A stretch of DNA of 64,000 bases from Zootoca vivipara (lineage: Eukaryota): positions 1,240,001 to 1,304,000 of the forward strand of contig NC_083281.1 of the NCBI RefSeq assembly GCF_963506605.1, given 5' to 3'. Every line of letters begins with the position of its first letter. Position 1 is the stretch's first letter. A model generated the notes under the pieces. It searched no databases. It was not told the origin of the DNA and saw only the letters and a list, made by a program, of their open reading frames with translations. The translations under genes were made by a program, and so were the position numbers. Shown one piece after another: positions 55,958-64,000 of the stretch.

Positions 55958-56840
55958 GTCTACCTTGAGCAGGAATATCGCACACAGCCCTTGGTGTGAT
56001 AGTTTTGAAAGGAAAGCTGGCATTGCATCATGGAGGGGAAGCAGGAATGTAGATCACTCCTGGTAAATATTTTGTCATTTTGCAAGTTCTATAGAAGAAT
56101 TATATATACAGAGAGAGAGAGAGAGGGGGGGGGAAATCATTGGGAGGGTCGCAGTGCAAACCAGTTTCAGTAACAGACTTGTGTGTGTCTGTGTAGATAT
56201 TATAAAAAAGACAAGTGTGTGTACACACACACACACACACACACACACAAATTTGTAGTCCTTAGGGGAGCAGCACAGCATTGCGGTTTTCCCTGTAGGG
56301 AAAAGGGGTCACTCTTGTCATGGGGAAGTATGTTATTTGGAATGCAAACCAGCAGTGTTAGAAATTAGCCTGGTGCCTTTTGTACCTGCCTTTTGGCCAC
56401 TTGTAACCAAGTGAAGATACCTGGGTGTCAGGATGGCGCCTGACATCTCCCCCATCTGGGGAATCCCTGGATCTGGGCCGTTTTCACACAATGGGAATGA
56501 ATTTCAGGAGCCAGGATGCTTTTTCATTAGCTCCTGAGCAGGAGCAGCAAACAAATGGCAACTAGACATTCCAGTTTGGTGACTGTAACCTTGGCTTAAG
56601 GAGCCATTTGACATCGAGCTTATATATCTGAGATTCTAACCCTGCAAATCAGCAGTGGTGCAGTTAAGAATCTTTAGACTCTGGCTTTAACAGCCTTGTA
56701 CAGTAGCACATAACTTTAGATGCTAGTATGTTTTACTTGAAAATGTGGTAAGTGAACTTTTGGGGGAGTGGGCCCTGGGTTTCTGGCGCCAAATAGTGCC
56801 TAGATTGTGGGTCCTGAAAGACATCAGCTTCATAGGGCAT

Positions 56841-57260
56841 ATATTGGCTCCCAGTACATTTCTCAGCACCATTCAAAGTGTTGGTGCTGACCTTTAAAGC
56901 CCTAAACGGCCTAGGTCCTGTATCCCTGAAGGAGCGTCTCCACCCCCATCGTCCAGCCCGGACATGGAGGTCCAGTGCCGAGGGCCTTCTGGCGGTTCCC
57001 TCCCTGCGAGAAGCAAAGCTACACAGGGAAGCAGGCAGAGGGCCTTCTCGGTGGTGGCGCCTGCCCTGTGGAACGCCCACCCGTCAAATGTCAAGGCAAT
57101 AAGCAATTATCTTACTTTTAAAAGACATCTGAAGGCAGCCCTGTTTAGGGAAGCGTTTAATTTTTAATGCTGTATTGTGTTTTTAATATTCGGTTGGGAG
57201 CCGCCCAGAGTGGCTGGGGAAACCCAGCCAGATGGGTAGGGTATAAATAATAAACTATTA
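56841..57260 (+). mobile_element. L2-clade LINE 3' fragment
   Basis: Same family as 4548. Confidence 0.78.
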
Positions 57261-60200
57261 AACTATTACTTTTACTGTATTAAATCCAAGTTGCATTTGA
57301 ATCCTAAGAAACCATTCCTTAAGATGAGGAAAATAAAGGGGAAATAAAGGGGTAAGCTTTGTTCAAAGTGCATCTCAGTAATCCTTACAGGGCCCTATGA
57401 GGTAGGTCAGTATTTGTATTGCTAACCTAAAAATGTGCTTAATTCTTAGCCACCCAACTAAAAACAATGGTATGTAGCATTTATGTTGGGTTTTGGAGTG
57501 CTCAAAACGGCTTCCTAGTGATCCATCTTTCATTTTTAAATGACTGTATTTTATGTTGTTTTACTATGCAAGCCAGTTTGGGAGGAATAATGAATATATA
57601 ACAACTTCAGCAGTCATTTAAAACAGAAGTTTAGAGCATTGCACTGTTTAGCAATACACTCCACTCTCTCTCATTTTATCCTCATGGCAGTCCTGTAAGT
57701 TGGGTTACGCCAAGACAGGATAGTTAATATAGTATCCTCTAGGTTTCTACAACTACCAGGTGCTCCAGCAGCCAGCAGGGTCAGTGGTCAGGGTTCATGG
57801 CAGTTTGAGTCAAAGCAACATCAAGGGGACACCCACATTGCTTCTCCTAGGCTGAGAGAGTAACTGACGCAGGGCCTTCCAGGAAACTTGCTGACTAGTC
57901 TCCCCGCACGTGGGTCTCTCTCCACCCCTTTTTGGTGATTTGCGGCTTCCTCTTTGGGATGTATGAATATAGTTGAAGCAAATACGGTGAAACAGACAAA
58001 TATAGTTAAAGCTGAGAAAGGTGCAACAGGAATAATATATTTATTCAAATAATCAGTCTGTTTTGCGTATGCAGGAATTTAAATACCCTAAAATACATTG
58101 GTATTTCCATTTTGAGATGAGGGGAAGAAGCAGGAATACCAAAGCAGCAGATTCAGAATTAGTGAGCGGCAGAATTTTAAGTTTCTAATGTGGAGTAGTT
58201 TTCTTCACTGAAAGGCCTCTTCTGTTTAATCATGCATTTTGTCCATCATCGGCTCCAGTGAGTTTCACTTCCTCTTTCTCACCCTTGAGCATGAAACGAG
58301 CTTTTGTACACTGGGAGATTTATGTGAATTAGCCCTGGTTCCGTAGTGTGCGTGTGCATGTGGACTGAATGGAGAAGGAAATAACGACTCCAAAAGTGAT
58401 GCCTCAGATTGACAGGTTCACCTGGAAAACATCATTGCCAGGAAGTTCTTGTTTTAAATCTTAATTTGTTTGCTCTTATCGGGTACCCAAGGCTTGAACA
58501 AGCTGAGACGGCCTGACCTCTTTTCTTCCTCGTTTCCTTTCAGAGGATCAGAGTATACTATTAGACAAGGGCTGTCAAGACTGGTTCCTTTGCAGCTTGT
58601 GCTTGGGGGGGGGGGGTCTAATTAAAGCGGTTTGCCAAGAGAAACAACCAAAACGGAGAAGGTCCCTAAGAGTATGAGAAACAACAGACAAAAGCATGGG
58701 AAAGAAAGAAAGAAACAAAAACCCTAGTGAGAGAGAACATCACAGGAGATCTCATCGTTATACAGTAATTGATGGGTTTGGAGAAATGTTTGTTACACAA
58801 CAGTGGCTACCGCTTATATATGTTCATTGTACTTACATGTCCTCCTTTTATATCACATTTTGGGGGTTTGATTTTGCCAAAAGGAGCAACGTAGAGGTAT
58901 AATGGTCCTGCTTCAGACTGATGTTGGCTCAGGAATATTGTAGGCACAACTCAGATAACATTCTCTGCTGTGGGAAATGCATTCAAGTCCAACCTGACTC
59001 ATCTGGGAACTTGGGGTGCTGCTGACCAGCTAAAAAGAAAAGCGGTGGTGAGGCATACTCTCTGCTCCCCACTTTTCTGCTTAACAGCAAGGCAAGTTTA
59101 GGATTTGAACCCCTGCTTCAAGAGAGACTTCAGGGCAAAAGCGGCTGGGGTGATTAATTGGCTCTCCTGGGTGCCACTTTTCTGTGGAAATTGCCTGCCT
59201 CCGACATGGTGGAGCATTCCCCCCCCTCCCCGTTCCTCTCCTTGAGCTGGAAGTGAGATTGAGCTGGTAAGGAAGCATTTAGGCAGAACTGCTGCCCCAA
59301 TGCAGGACAGCTCTGTGAGAGCTCTCAGGGCTGGTAACTCAAAGAAGGGAGAAGGTAATGTGAAACCCAGCATAGAGCTGGTGCAGGAGCCATGGTTAAT
59401 CGTGGTAGGCAGAAGACTGGGGAACTAAACACTCCCTCTGACCCTCCTCCCAGGCAAATTGCTGCCCCCCAACCTTCTGCGACTTCCCCTTCATTTGGTG
59501 CTATGGCTACTACCAGCCTTGGTGAAGAAAACTCCTAAATCCTTGCACATTTGCATACAGAAACCACCATGTTGCTGTTGCTCTGTCGTTTGCGGCATCC
59601 GTCTGTCTTGAGAGACAATGGAGTGTGCCTCCGGGGTTGAAGTCAATCCGCAGCGTTGGAAACATTGAAGGGACCCCCCCCCCAATGGTGTAAGCCTGGG
59701 CAGTGTGTGCGGAGGTCCTGGACTGCCCAGATGACAAGACCCCCCCCCTCCTGGCCTCATTGATGGGGTCCAAAGGAAAGCAGAGCAATGCATTGGGCAG
59801 TAGCTTGGCTGCAGGAATTGCCAGAAGGAGGCACGCAAGAAGTTATCCAACCTTCTTAGAGTCTCTACTCCAGATTTGGGTAGGGTTTCCTCCTTAGCCT
59901 GCAAGGCTGTGGAGGGTGAGGACCAACACTTTTCTTCTCCTAGATGGGCTAGCTTTCTAGGTTGACGAGCCCAAGAAACCACCTTCTTCTTTTTAATACT
60001 TTAATGTCTCTCATCCAGGGTCCTCCATCAACCCTCTAACGCCCCCATGAATATACAATTTCTGGACCCTAATCAAGGCAGCTGCTGTCCCGTCCCGTCC
60101 CCCCCCGTCCCCCCCTGGCTGCTTCTACTGCCTAGCAGGCCTGTTGGCAGCCTGGAAATTCCAGATTATTTGTATTCACTGTGACACATTGCCATACTTT

Positions 60201-60585
60201 GGATCGTCCTGAATACCACCACTTGGCAGCCAAGCCCCCAACCAAAGGTCCTGTTTGGATGCAACTTGGCTTGCCTGCTGAGGACGACGGTGTGGTGATG
60301 GATGGTCGCCACTTATCCGTTTTAGACCCCCCTAGTGGCTTGTGGAAAGGCTGCAGCGCCATCAGATGTGCAGTACGCAGGTTTGTGCTCAGCTCTGCAC
60401 TTTCCTTGATGTGATGGTTGAGGGCGGTACGCGAGTCAGCCGGCTCAATGGAGATGTTAGGGGCCAAGGCTTAGTTGCAATTGGACCCGCGTCAGTAGCA
60501 TAACACGCCCGGCTCCTGGGGAATTTCGAACCCTAGGTCAGTCGCATGCTTCTCCTCCTCCTGGTTGTCTTTTCTTTCTTTTTAA

Positions 60586-62223
<1,638 letters not shown>

Positions 62224-63114
62224 TGACAGTCCAACCCTCTCCTCTTTCTTTCCCTCCACCCTCTACAATGGTCATGAATGTATCTTTTTTAAATGTTTTG
62301 TGTTACGTTGTTGTTTCATTAGCCTTGAACTCATTGGACAGGGAGGCAGGGTATACGTGTTCAATAAAAATGTGCAAACCTGAATTCCAGCAGAGCGGAT
62401 TTATTAGTCAGTTGCAGGAAAAACAGCCAATAATTGTATGACATTTAAAAGTGAGCTTAGTTCACAACCCTAATACCTCAAGGACTGCCTCTCCATATGA
62501 ACCTACCTGGACCCTGAGATCATCTTCTGAGGCATTTCTTTGCATGCCTCTTCCTCGAGCAGGGGTCAGCAACCTTTTTGAGCTGTGGGCCGGTCCACCT
62601 TCCCTCAGACCATGTGGTGGGCCAGACTATATTTTTTTGGGGGGGGGGATTTATGAATTCCTATGCCCCACAAATAACCCAGAGATGCATTTTAAATAAA
62701 AGCACACATTCTACTCATGTAAAAACACCAGGCAGGCCCCACAAATAACCCAGAGATGCATTTTAAATAAAAGGACACATTCGACTCATGTAAAAACACG
62801 CTGATTCCCAGACCTTCCATGGGCCGGATTGAGACGGTGATTGGGCCACATCCGGCCGACGGGCCTTAGGTTGCCTACCCCTGCTCAAGAGGTTTGGAGG
62901 GTGGCAACACGAGAGCAGGGCCTTCTCTGCAGTGGCTCCCTGTCTTTGGAATGCTCTTCCCGGGGAGGTTCGCCTGGTGCCTTCATTATACACCTTTAGA
63001 CGCCAGGCAAAAACGTTCCTCTTTAACCAGGTCTTTCATTGATTTGATTGACAACCTATGCCTTTTTAAAATGCATTATTGGGGGGTGGTTGTTTTTATT
63101 TTGATTATGTAGTT

Positions 63115-63351
63115 CAGGGGTAGGCAACCTAAGGCCCGTGGGCCAGATGTGGCCCAATTGCCTTCTCAGTCCAGGAATCAGTGTGTTTTTACATGAGTAG
63201 AATGTGTCCTTTTATTTAAAATGCATCTCTGGGTTATTTGTGGGGCATAGGAATTCGTTCATCCACCCCCCCCCCCAAATATAGTCCTGCCCCCCACAAG
63301 GTCTGAGGGACAGTGGACTGGCCCAGGGCTGAAAAAGGTTCCTGACCCCTG
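63115..63351. mobile_element. hAT-type MITE
   Basis: CAGGGGT TIRs, perfect 8-bp TSD ATGTAGTT. Confidence 0.85.
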
Positions 63352-64000
63352 ATGTAGTTTGTGGTTTTACATTCTGCTTTTGTCTTGTGAACCACCCTGA
63401 GACCTGCGGGTATAGGGTGGTATATAAATTCTAATAATAATAATAATAATAATAATAGTAATAAGAATAATAATTCACATGCATGTGTCATAGCAGGTAT
63501 AATCTTTCCGTTCTCATGAGGAAAAGCCTCTTTTAAGATGGCACTGCCATGCATTAATTTTATAAGCAGTGACTAAATGGTGGGGGGGGGGAATTTGATT
63601 CATTTTAAAGTGCTGATATACCAATCTAACCAATTAGTGGCCTCAACCCTGTAGCCCTAAAAGTGATATCTATGTTGCGTGCGCCTGTCGTCTTTGTGGA
63701 AGGGGAGACGGTAAGGCAGCACGGCGGTCCGGCTTAGCTCTCTACCAGCTGCATGGCTCACAAGACAAAAGGGACAAGCCACGGGTCAGGGAAGAAGCGG
63801 GGGGGGGGATAAGTGAGGGGGTGGCCTGACCTGCCTCCCAATCTGAGCAACACAGCTGTCATTGCTTTGAGAGTCGAATCGCGTGACTGCGTGCTGGCGG
63901 CTGCGCACCCATGAATGAGCTGCTTGTATCCTTCCAAGCTTCGCTCTCTCTCTTGGCTTACCAAAGCCTCGTTGGGAGGAGGTTGTCAGATGAGAAATCT

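Noticed and set aside
59568-59990. RTE-like fragment possibly carrying an HDV-type ribozyme
   Set aside because: It looks like a retroposon remnant, but I could not assign the family or build the nested pseudoknot by eye.

Overview
Vertebrate genomic DNA from a squamate, very probably a lacertid lizard (Sauria SINEs with ACCTTT tails, young Bov-B, CR1 and L2 LINEs, many hAT and Tigger-like MITEs). It is gene-dense with six spliced protein-coding genes that I reconstructed exon by exon: the 3' part of TPM4 (+, with both terminal exons 9a and 9d), FAM32A (-), TIMM13 (+), RAB8A (-), AP1M1 (+, intron 2 is U12-type) and the 5' part of ELAVL1/HuR (+). FAM32A/TIMM13 and RAB8A/AP1M1 are head-to-head pairs on short bidirectional CpG promoters, a different order from the human locus as I recall it. 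The least obvious signals are three copies of a minimal type I hammerhead ribozyme motif carried by Penelope-like element remnants, an orphan CpG-island promoter at about 49.1-49.8 kb with a duplicated, CpG-decayed double-CRE module, and a MITE carrying an array of nested palindromes. Two assembly gaps lie at 3739-3921 and 19110-19968. TE family names and TE boundaries were assigned by eye and are approximate unless TSD coordinates are given.
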